64,000 nt of DNA from IMG/VR virus record IMGVR_UViG_3300015371_000015, positions 1 through 64,000 of that record. The stretch is one strand, 5' to 3'. This stretch comes from a virus. Positions 27,401 through 36,551 of the stretch are shown one piece after another (the stretch's first letter is position 1; the number at the start of each line of letters is the position of its first letter). The notes beneath the pieces are model-generated. The model searched no databases. It was not told the origin of the DNA and was given only the letters and a program-made list of their open reading frames with translations. The translations under genes and the position numbers were made by a program.

Positions 27401-29764
27401 GTTATTGCTCTGTTCGGTAACATGGACATGGGCACGTTGGTCAAGGGCTTTGCTGCTATGGCCATCGGTCTGACTCTTATGACCGCATCGTTGATGCTCT
27501 TGGGCAATACTGGCCCGTTCGTGATTCTAGCGGCGGCTGGTATGGTCATGATGGCTAAGGCAATGCTGCTCATGGTCCCAGTCATTGGCATTCTCGGCAG
27601 CATGGACTGGGGAACTCTAGCCAAGGGCCTTGGTGCTGTCGCTATCGTGATGGCCATATTTGTCGCTGGCGTTGCAGCTCTTGGGGCTGTGGCTATGGTC
27701 GTCGGGCCTGGTCTAATCATGCTCGGCACCGCGCTATTGCTCGCAGGCGCGGGCATGCTTGCGTTCGGCACGGGCTTCGCGCTCATGGCGGCCGCTGGTA
27801 CTGCTGGCGTGGCCGTGCTTACCGCAGCATTCGTGGCGTTTATGGGTCTTCTGCCTGCACTGGCACAGCAGCTGGCTTCGGCCATTGTTGCGACTTTGGA
27901 GACGTTCGCTAAGGCGGCTCCACGCTGGCGTGCTGCGATGTCGACCATCATTAAGAACATGATCGGCGTGCTGAGGGACAACATCCCGCAATTCGGCAAG
28001 CTGCTCAAGACCATGATCGCTACTGGTCTGTCCGTTCTTAAGTCGGCCGTGCCTCGGTTCATCGAGACAGGGTTCACGATCATCGACAAGTTCCTGGCGA
28101 GCGTTGCGGCCCACGTGCCCAACATTGTCAAGTCGGCGGTCAAGATCGCTGTCAGCTTCATGCAGACAATCGGTAATCAGGCAGGCAAGCTGGCTGATGC
28201 TGGCGCCAAGATGATCATCAAGTTCATCACGGCAACGGCCAAGGCTATCGACAACAACAGCAAGCAACTTGGAACGGCCGCAGGCAAGCTGGGCGTCGCC
28301 ATCGTCAAGGGCATCGTCAAGGGCATCGGGGGCATCGCTCACGAGGTCATGGACGCGGCCGGCGAGCTGGCACAGAAGGCTATCAACAAGATCAAGGACA
28401 AGCTCAGTATCTTCTCGCCTTCGAAGGTGACCGAAGAGCTGGGTATGTACTTCGGCATGGGCTTTGCGCAGGGTATCGCTGGCCATCAGAAGCCGGTAAG
28501 CGATGCTTCGGGCTCTCTTGCTGATGCGTCCATCAACGCCATCGAATCGGCTCTGCTGATTCAGTCCCCATCCAAGAAGGCTCAGTGGTGGGGCGAGATG
28601 ATCGGTGCAGGACTGGCAGCTGGCTTGAAGAAGGCTAACATGCCTGCAGTTAAGTCTATGCTGGACTTCATTAACTCGATTACAGCCGCGGGCGATAGTA
28701 CCGTGCTGTCTAGGTCGAGGGCTGCGGAGAAGGCAGAGGCCACCGCGGCAAAGTCAGCAGTTCGAGCAGACATCGCCAAGAAGCGTGCAGCAGCAGTCCC
28801 GGCGAAGAACAAGAAGGCCAAGAAGGCGGCAAACGCAGCAGCTACCAAGGCCGCTAATCAGGCCAAGAAGGATGCTGCAGCTGCAGCTACTGCTAATAAG
28901 TCTGTGGAGAATGCGATCGCTATGCGCGACGCGGACGCCAAGGGCCGAGGCGACATCTATCAGAGTTACGCCACGTCGAATGCTGACAAGGCAACGAAGC
29001 TGTTGGCGAAGGCTGCGCAAGAGTCGGCTTCGGCCAAGGCACTTGCTAGAACCAATGCCAGGCTGGCAGCTCAGCTTCGCGCACAGGCGGTTAAGGATGC
29101 CAAGGCAGCCAAGACCGCGGCAGACAATGCTAAGAAGTACCAGCAGACGGCGCTGAATTACTACGCTGTCGAGGTTAACGATCGCATCAAGGCCATGAGG
29201 GATGCTCAAGACGCGGAGGCGAAGGCAAAGGCCGATCAGGCTGAGCTGGACGCCGCGACAGATCCTCAGGCTAAGGCGGACATCCTCAACAAGAGGGCGG
29301 CTGCCAACGACGTGCTCGCAGCGCAGTACAAGGCCGACATGGAGACCTTGATTGCTCAGGCGCAAGCCGAGGCAGGAAAGAACGCCACGAAGGCCCTTGC
29401 TTTGCTTGATCAGGCGGATGCAGCTGCTGCGGCGGCTAAGGACGCTGCGGATCAGGCGGAACAGCAGCGCAAGGATGCAGAAGCAGCACTGGGAACTGAC
29501 ACTACTAGCTCGGGCTCTGGTCCGGGCACCATCACGCCATCCGACGACGTGCTCGCACAGGCTGCGAAGATCGTCGACAACTACACGGCGTCGATGCAGC
29601 AGGCCGAACAGGCCGCTTTGGCTGACCAGCCTATCCAGCAGTTCGTCCAGAACAACTACTCTCCGGAAGCCTTGAGCGTTTCGGAGGTTTATCGACAGAC
29701 CAACAACCTTATGTCGCTCGCCCAGCTCAAAATGGGAGGAATCAAGCGACCTGGAGACTCGTAA
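24440..29764 (+). CDS. tape measure protein
   Basis: ~1770 aa, Ala/Gly-rich amphipathic repeats, tape-measure domain (D.TIYNF.EM), LG.HSPS motifs. Confidence 0.95.
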   Translation: MSSVDDRIVNMQFNNKQFESGATQSRKTLMGLEGAIAKTGQSKGISNLGAAATGVGKKFSVMQVAGVTAVATIANKAVNAGLSLVKSLTIDPILQGWDEYNTNLKSIQTVMANTGKGIKPVQGALKQLNNFSDQTIYNFSEMAKNVGTFTAAGVGLKQSVSAIKGIANMAALSGSSSQQASGAMYQLSQAIAAGRVNLQDWNSVVNAGMGGKNLQKALIQTGTAMGTIDAKTVKWGKNIKIAGQSFRESISAKGGAAPWLTSDVLTKTLALMDGRLSKTAITANIMAKGQHTMAEATKMADEQIKAQQKTLAKQGYNREQIKSLTSMADRAYQSATVVKTLPQLMGVVKESIGSVWANAFSAIVGNFNQSKKMWTAAANSISNVIKGFSMRLNNAIVMWKRGIDGIGGRFAVIEGFKAVFKTIGSILGVVGKAFRDAFPPGGESTLAKISIGFMHLAQALVPSEATLKSLRSIFGGIFAVLHIGVSLVTGIAAGFKALFGAMFEGSGQAGGGVLALLGSVGELLLKINEMLTGGGKMKDFFVTLGTAIGTSLHPVVAIVSSVVGAIGALGGVGGGPTAFFESIQSSLGGLAGVGDKVTAVFTSISASFKSLDPSKVQAAFGTIGNMVGQFAGEGAKIATGLITGLVQGLAGAAPAIFAAIGSLGSSIIEGIKSALGVHSPSYKMIPVGAGLIAGLIIGISGGIGEALSAMGTIAKKMFQGFINMFKQLFSGMNSLDIASMFNALLTGGLLLSMKKVSDTVLDFKKIINDVVGGLTNSLKAMQQGVKAYAIKQIAIGVALLAASVIALSFIDPKKIAISIGAIGAMVGILVGAIAALGKLAKGEVNLALIGASMTMIAAAVLTLAGAIAILGNLDMMTLVKGIGSLAFIMGILTASLALLSKAGKTSLGVGPAVLAMAVAINIMAVAVAALGMMDMSTLAKGLGAMAIGLGLMVGALMILSSGTLMKQLVASGTALVLVATSLTILAGVIALFGNMDMGTLVKGFAAMAIGLTLMTASLMLLGNTGPFVILAAAGMVMMAKAMLLMVPVIGILGSMDWGTLAKGLGAVAIVMAIFVAGVAALGAVAMVVGPGLIMLGTALLLAGAGMLAFGTGFALMAAAGTAGVAVLTAAFVAFMGLLPALAQQLASAIVATLETFAKAAPRWRAAMSTIIKNMIGVLRDNIPQFGKLLKTMIATGLSVLKSAVPRFIETGFTIIDKFLASVAAHVPNIVKSAVKIAVSFMQTIGNQAGKLADAGAKMIIKFITATAKAIDNNSKQLGTAAGKLGVAIVKGIVKGIGGIAHEVMDAAGELAQKAINKIKDKLSIFSPSKVTEELGMYFGMGFAQGIAGHQKPVSDASGSLADASINAIESALLIQSPSKKAQWWGEMIGAGLAAGLKKANMPAVKSMLDFINSITAAGDSTVLSRSRAAEKAEATAAKSAVRADIAKKRAAAVPAKNKKAKKAANAAATKAANQAKKDAAAAATANKSVENAIAMRDADAKGRGDIYQSYATSNADKATKLLAKAAQESASAKALARTNARLAAQLRAQAVKDAKAAKTAADNAKKYQQTALNYYAVEVNDRIKAMRDAQDAEAKAKADQAELDAATDPQAKADILNKRAAANDVLAAQYKADMETLIAQAQAEAGKNATKALALLDQADAAAAAAKDAADQAEQQRKDAEAALGTDTTSSGSGPGTITPSDDVLAQAAKIVDNYTASMQQAEQAALADQPIQQFVQNNYSPEALSVSEVYRQTNNLMSLAQLKMGGIKRPGDS

Positions 29765-29778
29765 GAGAGGAGACTACC

Positions 29779-30606
29779 TTGCTAACGCGAATTGACGTCG
29801 ACAGCGAGAACGCATTCTACATCCCGATTGCCGGCGCTACGCCGAAGGATAGTCTCATCGTCCAGAAGATTGAGGGTCTGAACCCACCGGATGTCACTCT
29901 GTTCATGGGTGATTACGCAAGAGACGGCGGGAACTACCAGGGGCGCAGGGTTGGGAACAGGAACGTGGTCATCACCTTCGACCTTAATCCCAACCCTGCG
30001 CTCGGGGAGACCGTAGATGGCCTTCGTGAGCTCCTTTACAAGGCCTTTCTGGATCCTCAGCCCGACGCCGACTACATCAAGCTGAACTTCCTCGATGACG
30101 CAGGACGTACAAGGTACGTGGTCGGCTACACGGAAAAGATCGAGACTTCACCCTTCGACATTGACACCTCTGCGCAGGTGTCAATCATCTGTCCGGACCC
30201 CTACATCCGAGACGACATCAAGACGGTCAAGGCAGACCCTAGTGGATGGATCAACGTTCCATTCAGCTACAAGGGCACGGCGGAGACGGGCTTTGAGGCG
30301 GAGATCTACATCACTGCGCCGACCGATACTCTCACGCTGGAGAACAACGGTCGCACTATGGTCTTTAACCGCTCGTTCTTTGCGGGCGACGTTATCAAGA
30401 TCAACACCAATGCAGGTTCTCGTAGCATTACAGTTGCTCACGCCGGCGAACCCGTTAAGTCGATCGTTGCGAGCATGAGCGCTCTGTCCCCGTGGCTGCA
30501 GCTTCACTCCCAGAACAACAACATGAAGGTCTATGGAGAGCAGACGACCGATCTGGTCGCCGCAGTTCGCTCTTTGGGGTACACCCAGTCCTATTGGGGG
30601 ATTTAA
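29779..30606 (+). CDS. distal tail protein (Dit)
   Basis: follows tape measure; I.GL.PP, RN.VI, Q.SIICPDP. Confidence 0.8.
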   Translation: MLTRIDVDSENAFYIPIAGATPKDSLIVQKIEGLNPPDVTLFMGDYARDGGNYQGRRVGNRNVVITFDLNPNPALGETVDGLRELLYKAFLDPQPDADYIKLNFLDDAGRTRYVVGYTEKIETSPFDIDTSAQVSIICPDPYIRDDIKTVKADPSGWINVPFSYKGTAETGFEAEIYITAPTDTLTLENNGRTMVFNRSFFAGDVIKINTNAGSRSITVAHAGEPVKSIVASMSALSPWLQLHSQNNNMKVYGEQTTDLVAAVRSLGYTQSYWGI

Positions 30607-31697
30607 TGGAGTTCCAGACACTCAACGAGGACTTCCAGGCAGAGCATGTCGTAGAGAACTACGAGACTCTCATCTGGACCGAACGTTACTCAACCAACGG
30701 CGAGTTCCAAGCCACCTTCAACAACATTCCTGCCGGCCTAGCGCAGCTTCCGGAAGGCTCGTACGTCACTCTTCGTGAGTCGACGGTGCCCATGAAGGTC
30801 GAAACTCACAAAATCGAAAAGAAGAAGAACGCTGTCCCAGTATTGACTGTTACCGGTCGAACCTGTGAGGCCTGCTGGCTTGAGCAGCGCCAAAGCGTTA
30901 AGGATCTGCCTAGCGCTGCGGGTCGCCCTGCGTGGACCATTACGGCAGACAAGCAATCAGATGCTGCCTACAAGGCCATTCGCACCGTCATTGGAGATGA
31001 AGAGCGCTTCAAGGATGGCGTTTCGGTATTGGCCGCTATTGCTCCCTCGATCTCAGCTAAGCGAGCTATTCCACAGGCGAGTCTCATCTTGCCTCAGGAT
31101 TACAGCACGTTGACAACGAATACTTACGAGATCAAGGCCGGCAATCTCTACACGGTAATCATGGAGCTGATCACGGCGAATTTCCACGGCATTAAGTCGG
31201 TTCGCCCAAACACAAGCGACACTCGTGTAGACATCGAGATCTACAACGGCTCTGATCGAACTGATGAGCTCGTCTTCGACGCACGATTCGATCAGATCGA
31301 CGACGCCACATATTTGTTGAGTAAGCAAGGATCTTGCGACATTGCTCTTGTCTACGGTCCCAACGGTAGCCAGCAAGTCTTGAAGAATGCTACCGAAGAG
31401 CCGGAAGGTCTTGAGCGACGCGAGCTCCTGGTCGACGACTCAGGCTCTACGTCCGAAATCCGAACGAACCACGGTCTTGTCGAGCTATACAAGTACAACG
31501 CTACGGCGCTGTTCGACGGACAGATCGCTGAGCAGGTAGCTTCGGGCTACAACAAGGACTACTTCCTTGGCGATTTGCTTAAGCTGACGGGACAGTACGG
31601 TCTTTCGCAGATCGTGCGGGTTGCTGAGTTCATTCGGTCTTCTGACAACACCGGAACAAAGGCATACCCCACGTTCGAGGCAATCACCACCTCATAG
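30606..31697 (+). CDS. minor tail / tail tip protein (ReqiPepy6 gp37-like)
   Basis: LIWTERY...GEF, Y..DYFLGD, R..EFIRS.D..G...YPT. Confidence 0.75.
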   Translation: MEFQTLNEDFQAEHVVENYETLIWTERYSTNGEFQATFNNIPAGLAQLPEGSYVTLRESTVPMKVETHKIEKKKNAVPVLTVTGRTCEACWLEQRQSVKDLPSAAGRPAWTITADKQSDAAYKAIRTVIGDEERFKDGVSVLAAIAPSISAKRAIPQASLILPQDYSTLTTNTYEIKAGNLYTVIMELITANFHGIKSVRPNTSDTRVDIEIYNGSDRTDELVFDARFDQIDDATYLLSKQGSCDIALVYGPNGSQQVLKNATEEPEGLERRELLVDDSGSTSEIRTNHGLVELYKYNATALFDGQIAEQVASGYNKDYFLGDLLKLTGQYGLSQIVRVAEFIRSSDNTGTKAYPTFEAITTS

Positions 31698-31713
31698 AAA
31701 GGGGGGTCGTCGA

Positions 31714-31977
31714 GTGAGTCATAGGCAGGAGGGGCCAAAACTTCCCCGTAAGCTCGACCCTCATACCGTTCAGCTCATTGTGAAGATTTTTCGAGACATG
31801 GCGATCTTCATTCTCGGCGCATATGGGTTCGTCCACGAATTATCACGAACCGGCGCTGAGCGTCCACAAATCCTGATCTTGTGCGGCATGATGATGGGTC
31901 TGCCGCTGATCATCCGGGGGGACGAGAAGAAACAAGAGGAGGTGAAACCAGATGACAGCAGCAAGGCCGCTTCCTAG
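31714..31977 (+). CDS. membrane protein
   Basis: two hydrophobic segments; lysis region. Confidence 0.6.
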   Translation: MSHRQEGPKLPRKLDPHTVQLIVKIFRDMAIFILGAYGFVHELSRTGAERPQILILCGMMMGLPLIIRGDEKKQEEVKPDDSSKAAS

Positions 31978-32104
31978 GCGTGCGCTTGAGTGCGTCCATC
32001 GGGTTCACCGGAAGTATTACAACACTACCAACTACATCGCGATCATGGTCACGATTCTCGTGATCCTGCAGATCTGGTGGATGTATGGAGGAGGGCATAG
32101 ATGA
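31952..32104 (+). CDS. small membrane protein (50 aa, not in ORF track)
   Basis: GAGGAGGTG RBS; IAIMVTILVILQIWW transmembrane segment; stop overlaps next ATG. Confidence 0.55.
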   Translation: MTAARPLPRRALECVHRVHRKYYNTTNYIAIMVTILVILQIWWMYGGGHR

Positions 32105-32520
32105 ATCATCGTGCTAAGCAGCATTGGCTGAAAGAGTTCTTGAACAAGTACCCACAGGCCATTGCATACTTAGGCCTTGGTTTGATCTTGGTTCTGATCT
32201 TCACTCTCCAGACCATTAGCAACCACAATACGTTCAAGAGTCTGTGCGTTTCCGGCATCGATTCTCGAAACGTAGATCGGGATCAGACGCAGCGAATTTA
32301 CAACCTCGCTGTCAGCACGCTTCCGAAGAACAACGAGGGTCTTACTAAGGACCAGATCAAGCGACTCAATGCTTACGTGAAGCAGGTTCAAAAGTTTCGC
32401 GATGAGTCTTTCGCTACGATCAAGCCGTCGGAAGCGTGTAAGCCTTTCGTCGATGACGATGTGGTCACGCCGGAGCAGTGGGCGAAAGAACACCCGCCCA
32501 AGCCGCTCAACGAATCCTAG
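32101..32520 (+). CDS. membrane-anchored protein
   Basis: N-terminal transmembrane helix. Confidence 0.65.
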   Translation: MNHRAKQHWLKEFLNKYPQAIAYLGLGLILVLIFTLQTISNHNTFKSLCVSGIDSRNVDRDQTQRIYNLAVSTLPKNNEGLTKDQIKRLNAYVKQVQKFRDESFATIKPSEACKPFVDDDVVTPEQWAKEHPPKPLNES

Positions 32521-32528
32521 GAGCATAC

Positions 32529-32972
32529 ATGGCAAACCCCGAGCCGGTTAACGGCGCACACAAGGCTGAAGAGGTCGGAAACCCTCTATTCAGCGGGCCT
32601 GTCTACGACAAGCTCAAGTTCATCGCCCAGGTAGTCCTGCCTGCGGTTGCTACCTTCTACATCACGGTGGGCAATCTGTGGCATTGGCCAGAGCCTGAGA
32701 AGGTGTCAGGCACGATCATGGCCTTCGACTTCCTGCTGGGTGTGATCCTGGGGATTTCATCCAACCAGTTCAAGGCAATCGACCGCGCTCAAAAGGTCAT
32801 CGAGCAGAATACCACTGCTGCCACGATCATCACCGACAGCGTGGATCCGGACACTGGGATCCCCAACATCGGGCTGAAGATCACCCAGCCTTTGGAAGAG
32901 GTGTTGAAGTCCAACACCATCCGGGTGAAGGTCGACAACCAGCTACCTCCAGAGCATCAGTTACCAGGCTGA
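32529..32972 (+). CDS. holin (Dp-1 type)
   Basis: YD.LK.IAQ.VLPA..TFY......W..P...V.GTI.A....LG..LGISS. Confidence 0.85.
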   Translation: MANPEPVNGAHKAEEVGNPLFSGPVYDKLKFIAQVVLPAVATFYITVGNLWHWPEPEKVSGTIMAFDFLLGVILGISSNQFKAIDRAQKVIEQNTTAATIITDSVDPDTGIPNIGLKITQPLEEVLKSNTIRVKVDNQLPPEHQLPG

Positions 32973-32999
32973 AAACTTCAAAATGGGAGTGACGACTAA

Positions 33000-33293
33000 G
33001 TGCATGTAGAAGACATTCTCCGAATCATCAATCTCGTTCTCGCGATTCTCACGATTGTGTGGCTGGTAATCCGCCGGTTGCGAAATCGTGGAGATTACGG
33101 AAGAGGCTCTCTTCGACGCGACATCTGGACGTCATCGTTTTTGTGGTTCTTAGCCGCCATCGTCGGTACCTACGAGCAGCTGTTCGATACGGGCACCTAC
33201 TTCCGTGTCGTCTTTACTCTGGGAGCGATTCTGACAACGATCAGCATTCTCGCCAGACCGAACAAAGAGTGGGTTGATGGTACCCAGGGATGA
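33000..33293 (+). CDS. membrane protein (3 TM)
   Basis: three hydrophobic segments. Confidence 0.65.
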   Translation: MHVEDILRIINLVLAILTIVWLVIRRLRNRGDYGRGSLRRDIWTSSFLWFLAAIVGTYEQLFDTGTYFRVVFTLGAILTTISILARPNKEWVDGTQG

Positions 33294-33360
33294 TCTGTCC
33301 GCCTTCGCGCTAGAAACAAGTACTTAAATGAGAACTATCCTCTAGCGAAAGGCACAGCCT

Positions 33361-33711
33361 ATGGACCCCGACCGCTTTGAAGCGATCCAGAACGGATTCC
33401 TCGACCAGATCGACCAGGAGCCGCTCGAAGCCGACAAGACCGCCACCATGATCAAGAACCTCGAAGCGTTCTCGAAGCTCCAGCCTCGCGTACCCGCGCC
33501 TGAGCCCGCAACCACTCCTCCCCTTCCGGAGACCAAGTGGGACCGGTTCAAGTGCGGCGTCGCGAAGGTCTGGGACAACGAGACGACCCGAGTCGCGATC
33601 AAGGCAGGCGCGTCTGTCGGCGGAGTGATCTTCGTCGGCTGGCAGACGATCCACAAGGACCGCGTCATCGAACGTCAGGCGCTCGCGCAGGCCAACCAGC
33701 GCAGTCTGTAG
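33361..33711 (+). CDS. hypothetical protein
   Basis: follows a promoter repeat; GAAAGG RBS. Confidence 0.75.
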   Translation: MDPDRFEAIQNGFLDQIDQEPLEADKTATMIKNLEAFSKLQPRVPAPEPATTPPLPETKWDRFKCGVAKVWDNETTRVAIKAGASVGGVIFVGWQTIHKDRVIERQALAQANQRSL

Positions 33712-33856
33712 TTCCAAGAAGGGTGGGCCTCTGTGAAAACAGGGGCTTACCTTTTTGTTCAGATCGAAAATCCCCCGGGGCAATTTTGCCGAAAACTTTT
33801 GTGAATCGCGTAGGTAACAATGACTAAAATGAGACACCTACCCCAAGGAGATTCCT

Positions 33857-34105
33857 ATGCAAGACGAGGACCTTAGCACCCTCGCGTACTGGAGTGAAAT
33901 GCTCACCAAGACCGTCAAGCGTCTGGAGCCGTACCAAGAGAAGCTGATTCAGATCCCGATCGAGACCTTCACCTACGAAGATCACGTGAGGCTGCGTCAT
34001 ATCCTCCTGGACATCCAGGTCGAGACCGGCCTTCTCGAGCGTGACATCCAGAAAGCGAAGAAGCGCAAGCCGCCCACCTTCCTGCAACGCCTCTTCAACA
34101 AGTAG
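33857..34105 (+). CDS. hypothetical protein
   Basis: promoter repeat, AAGGAG RBS and downstream hairpin. Confidence 0.75.
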   Translation: MQDEDLSTLAYWSEMLTKTVKRLEPYQEKLIQIPIETFTYEDHVRLRHILLDIQVETGLLERDIQKAKKRKPPTFLQRLFNK

Positions 34106-34111
34106 CACATC

Positions 34112-34139
34112 AAGCCCGCCCCGCAAGGGGTTAGGGTTT
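34112..34139 (+). terminator. recurrent terminator-like hairpin (AGCCC-GCCCC-loop-GGGGT-TA-GGGTTT)
   Basis: related hairpins at ~34645-34695, 39406-39446, 57010-57042, 62210-62237, 62494-62527, 62876-62906, 63439-63471, 63748-63781, each just after a stop codon. Confidence 0.75.
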
Positions 34140-34166
34140 CGCTCGCGCTGGAAACTGCTACTAAGA

Positions 34167-34281
34167 TGAGACCCAGAACCCACCGAAGTTCTGGCCTAGC
34201 CTTACTGCCGTATTAAATCGTCCCGAACGATCCAGAACACAAGTTCCTAAGTGCGCTTTAAGAGTGGGCGCACAGGTCTCA
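34167..34281 (+). ncRNA. putative small structured RNA (cassette without an ORF)
   Basis: TGAGACC/GGTCTCA closing stem; internal hairpins CCAGAAC/GTTCTGG, ATCGT/ACGAT, GAAC/GTTC, GTGCGCTT/GGGCGCAC; begins at a promoter repeat. Confidence 0.6.
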
Positions 34282-34350
34282 ACTGTTCATATTTTTCTCT
34301 CGCGCTGATAACAACTACTGTAATGAGACCATCCCAGTTTAGGAGCCACC

Positions 34351-34437
34351 ATGATCCGTCGAACCGTGTTCGTCATCGTCTTCTACGAAGGCGTGCCGAC
34401 GCTCGTCATCGCCACGATCTACATCCCCCTCTACTGA
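34351..34437 (+). CDS. 28-aa hydrophobic microprotein
   Basis: promoter repeat, AGGAG RBS, MIRRTVFVIVFYEGVPTLVIATIYIPLY, then hairpin. Confidence 0.65.
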   Translation: MIRRTVFVIVFYEGVPTLVIATIYIPLY

Positions 34438-34538
34438 CCCACCACCTTAGCCCATTTCCCCTGGGCTTAGGTTTTGGCGGCCTCGCGAGTAAAACAATCA
34501 CTGTAATGAGATACCAACCCATCCCTCAAGGAGAAATC

Positions 34539-34631
34539 ATGCACATCGTCTTCAAGATCCTGCTCGTCCTCGCCGCCCTGCTCGGACTGGCCGGACTCGT
34601 GAAGTTCATCGTGAACCGCCTCGAGAGCTGA
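34539..34631 (+). CDS. 30-aa single-TM microprotein
   Basis: promoter repeat, AAGGAG RBS, MHIVFKILLVLAALLGLAGLVKFIVNRLES. Confidence 0.7.
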   Translation: MHIVFKILLVLAALLGLAGLVKFIVNRLES

Positions 34632-34735
34632 ACCCCTCGGCCCTAGCCCATTGCACCCTCCAAGCCACATCGCAATGGGTTAGGGTTTAGCTTTTTCCCA
34701 CCATCCCACAAGCACCACCTAACAAGGAGACATAC

Positions 34736-35179
34736 ATGAACGACCAGCCCATCCCGACCCCCGCCCTGACCGAGCAGCTTCGGAAGGTCAAGAACCACCG
34801 CTACTTCAAGGCCGCGATCATCGGCGTCGCCGCAGCCGGCGGTGCGTTCCTCGCTGTCCGTGCCTCGCTCAAGCAGATCACCGATGACGTCCACCACATG
34901 GCCGGTCACGTGCACAACCTCGACCACAACGTCTACAACGAGGCCAGCCACGTCATCGACGAGATCCACGCTCAGCAGCGCCTGCGCAACACCAGCCGTC
35001 GTACGATCGACATGGCGATGCACGCCAACGCCGACTTCGACTACTACCCCGGTCTCGGGGTGCGCTACGCCTCGATCGAGCAGGCGGACAAGGCCGAGCG
35101 CAAGTGGCTGGAGCGTCAGCAGGAGATCGAGTCGGGCAACGTCACGCCCATCTCCAAGAACAAGAAGAAGGCGAGCTGA
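34736..35179 (+). CDS. hypothetical membrane-anchored protein
   Basis: AAGGAG RBS, TM segment. Confidence 0.75.
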   Translation: MNDQPIPTPALTEQLRKVKNHRYFKAAIIGVAAAGGAFLAVRASLKQITDDVHHMAGHVHNLDHNVYNEASHVIDEIHAQQRLRNTSRRTIDMAMHANADFDYYPGLGVRYASIEQADKAERKWLERQQEIESGNVTPISKNKKKAS

Positions 35180-35181
35180 TC

Positions 35182-35424
35182 ATGCAGAACTACGCAGTGA
35201 CGACCTATGTCACCGCCCCGAGTGCTGAGCTGGCGGCGCAGGCCATCGCTCAGGCGCAGACCACCCAGCAAGTCGTCGTGCCAGTCACCATCGGGGCTCA
35301 GTCCGTGGAGCCCACGTGGATGGAGATCGACACCACAGTCGTGGACAGGATCGTGCGCAAGGTCATCGCCGGCGTCGCCATCTACTACATCAGCAAGTCG
35401 CTGAAGAAGTGGGCGAAGTCATGA
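35182..35424 (+). CDS. hypothetical protein
   Basis: tightly packed; ATGA overlap with next gene. Confidence 0.6.
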   Translation: MQNYAVTTYVTAPSAELAAQAIAQAQTTQQVVVPVTIGAQSVEPTWMEIDTTVVDRIVRKVIAGVAIYYISKSLKKWAKS

Positions 35425-35918
35425 GCGGCGAGGGTCTGAGGGCGCTTCAGGAGGCCCTGGTCAAGTGGGTTCGACTCGAGCGCAAGCCCGAGACCCCCGA
35501 GGTCGAGACCAAGGACGTCGGTGGCGTCCAGGTCACCACGGTCATGGCCTTCCCGGAGGCGAAGGAGGGTGAGCGTCACGCTGACCTTCATTTCATGCTC
35601 GCATCCAAGGACGAGTCCTTCCCCACCAAGGAAGAGCTCATCGCCACGGTGCAGGCAGCCATCGGCGAAGGTGAGTTCGTGACCATGGAGGCGCAGCGTC
35701 TCGCCGGCGGCCTCTCCTACATCGATCTAGGCGGATGGCTGGGTTCCCAGGACCTGGCCGTTCGTCTGATCGGTGCCATGGAGTTGGCTGAGATCGGACC
35801 TGCCATCACGCCTGCCACTCTCGGGATCACAGGCACACAGGCCAACGAGCTGGCCGGCATGGGGATGGTCATGATGACTCCCTATGACGGGTGGACGCCG
35901 GCCGAGGTCAAGGCGTAG
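35421..35918 (+). CDS. hypothetical protein
   Basis: ORF with GC3-rich codon usage. Confidence 0.7.
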   Translation: MSGEGLRALQEALVKWVRLERKPETPEVETKDVGGVQVTTVMAFPEAKEGERHADLHFMLASKDESFPTKEELIATVQAAIGEGEFVTMEAQRLAGGLSYIDLGGWLGSQDLAVRLIGAMELAEIGPAITPATLGITGTQANELAGMGMVMMTPYDGWTPAEVKA

Positions 35919-35925
35919 GTACGAA

Positions 35926-36339
35926 ATGGGCGAGCGCATCGATCGATTCAAGTCCACGATCAAGGTTGCTGAGGTCAAGGCTCATATCCAACGCAACCAG
36001 AAGGCATACATCACCGGTGGTGTGTGTCTGGCCATCGGCGTTCTCGGGACGCTGGCGGCAGCCAAGAACAACAGCACTACGGTGATCAGCAGCATCGAAG
36101 GCAACCGGAACAACTTCGTCGGAACGGCGGAGCACGTCACGGTCGTTGTTGCCGAGCTTGAGCGACGAGGTCACCCGGGCAACGTCGTGCGTTGTCTCGA
36201 GACGGGCGAAGTGTTCGCCAGTCAGAGGCGCGCCGCAGAGATGCTCGGCGTCAACCCAGGAGAGATCTCGAAGCAGCTGCGCGGTCTGACCGATAAGGCC
36301 GGCGGCTACACCTTCGAGAATCTCGGCGAGGCTGCCTAG
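35926..36339 (+). CDS. membrane-anchored NUMOD1-like HTH DNA-binding protein
   Basis: TM segment, then VRCLETGEVF.S...AA..LGV....IS..L.G....AGGY.F. Confidence 0.7.
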   Translation: MGERIDRFKSTIKVAEVKAHIQRNQKAYITGGVCLAIGVLGTLAAAKNNSTTVISSIEGNRNNFVGTAEHVTVVVAELERRGHPGNVVRCLETGEVFASQRRAAEMLGVNPGEISKQLRGLTDKAGGYTFENLGEAA

Positions 36340-36360
36340 TCGCGAAAAGAACAAGCACTA

Positions 36361-36503
36361 AGATGAGACCCCTCTTACTTGGACGATCATTGCGATAGTC
36401 CTATGCCATCAAGACGATCATTGCGATAGTCGAGCGATCATTGCGATAGCAGGCATGCCCAACGGTCATTGCGACAGTTCGGTAAGTGAGAGGGGTCTCA
36501 TCT
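36361..36503 (+). ncRNA. putative structured RNA with four repeated AUUGC-loop hairpins
   Basis: 20-bp closing stem 36361-36380/36484-36503; repeats at 36381, 36413, 36434, 36461. Confidence 0.75.
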
Positions 36504-36551
36504 CTTGGACTTACATCAAGTGAATTATTTTTTCTATCAGCAAGGAGCATC

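Noticed and set aside
36381-36479. Short direct repeats as a mini CRISPR array
   Set aside because: Repeats are only ~14-19 nt with 2-11 nt spacers, no cas genes are present, and the pattern is explained by hairpins inside one stem.
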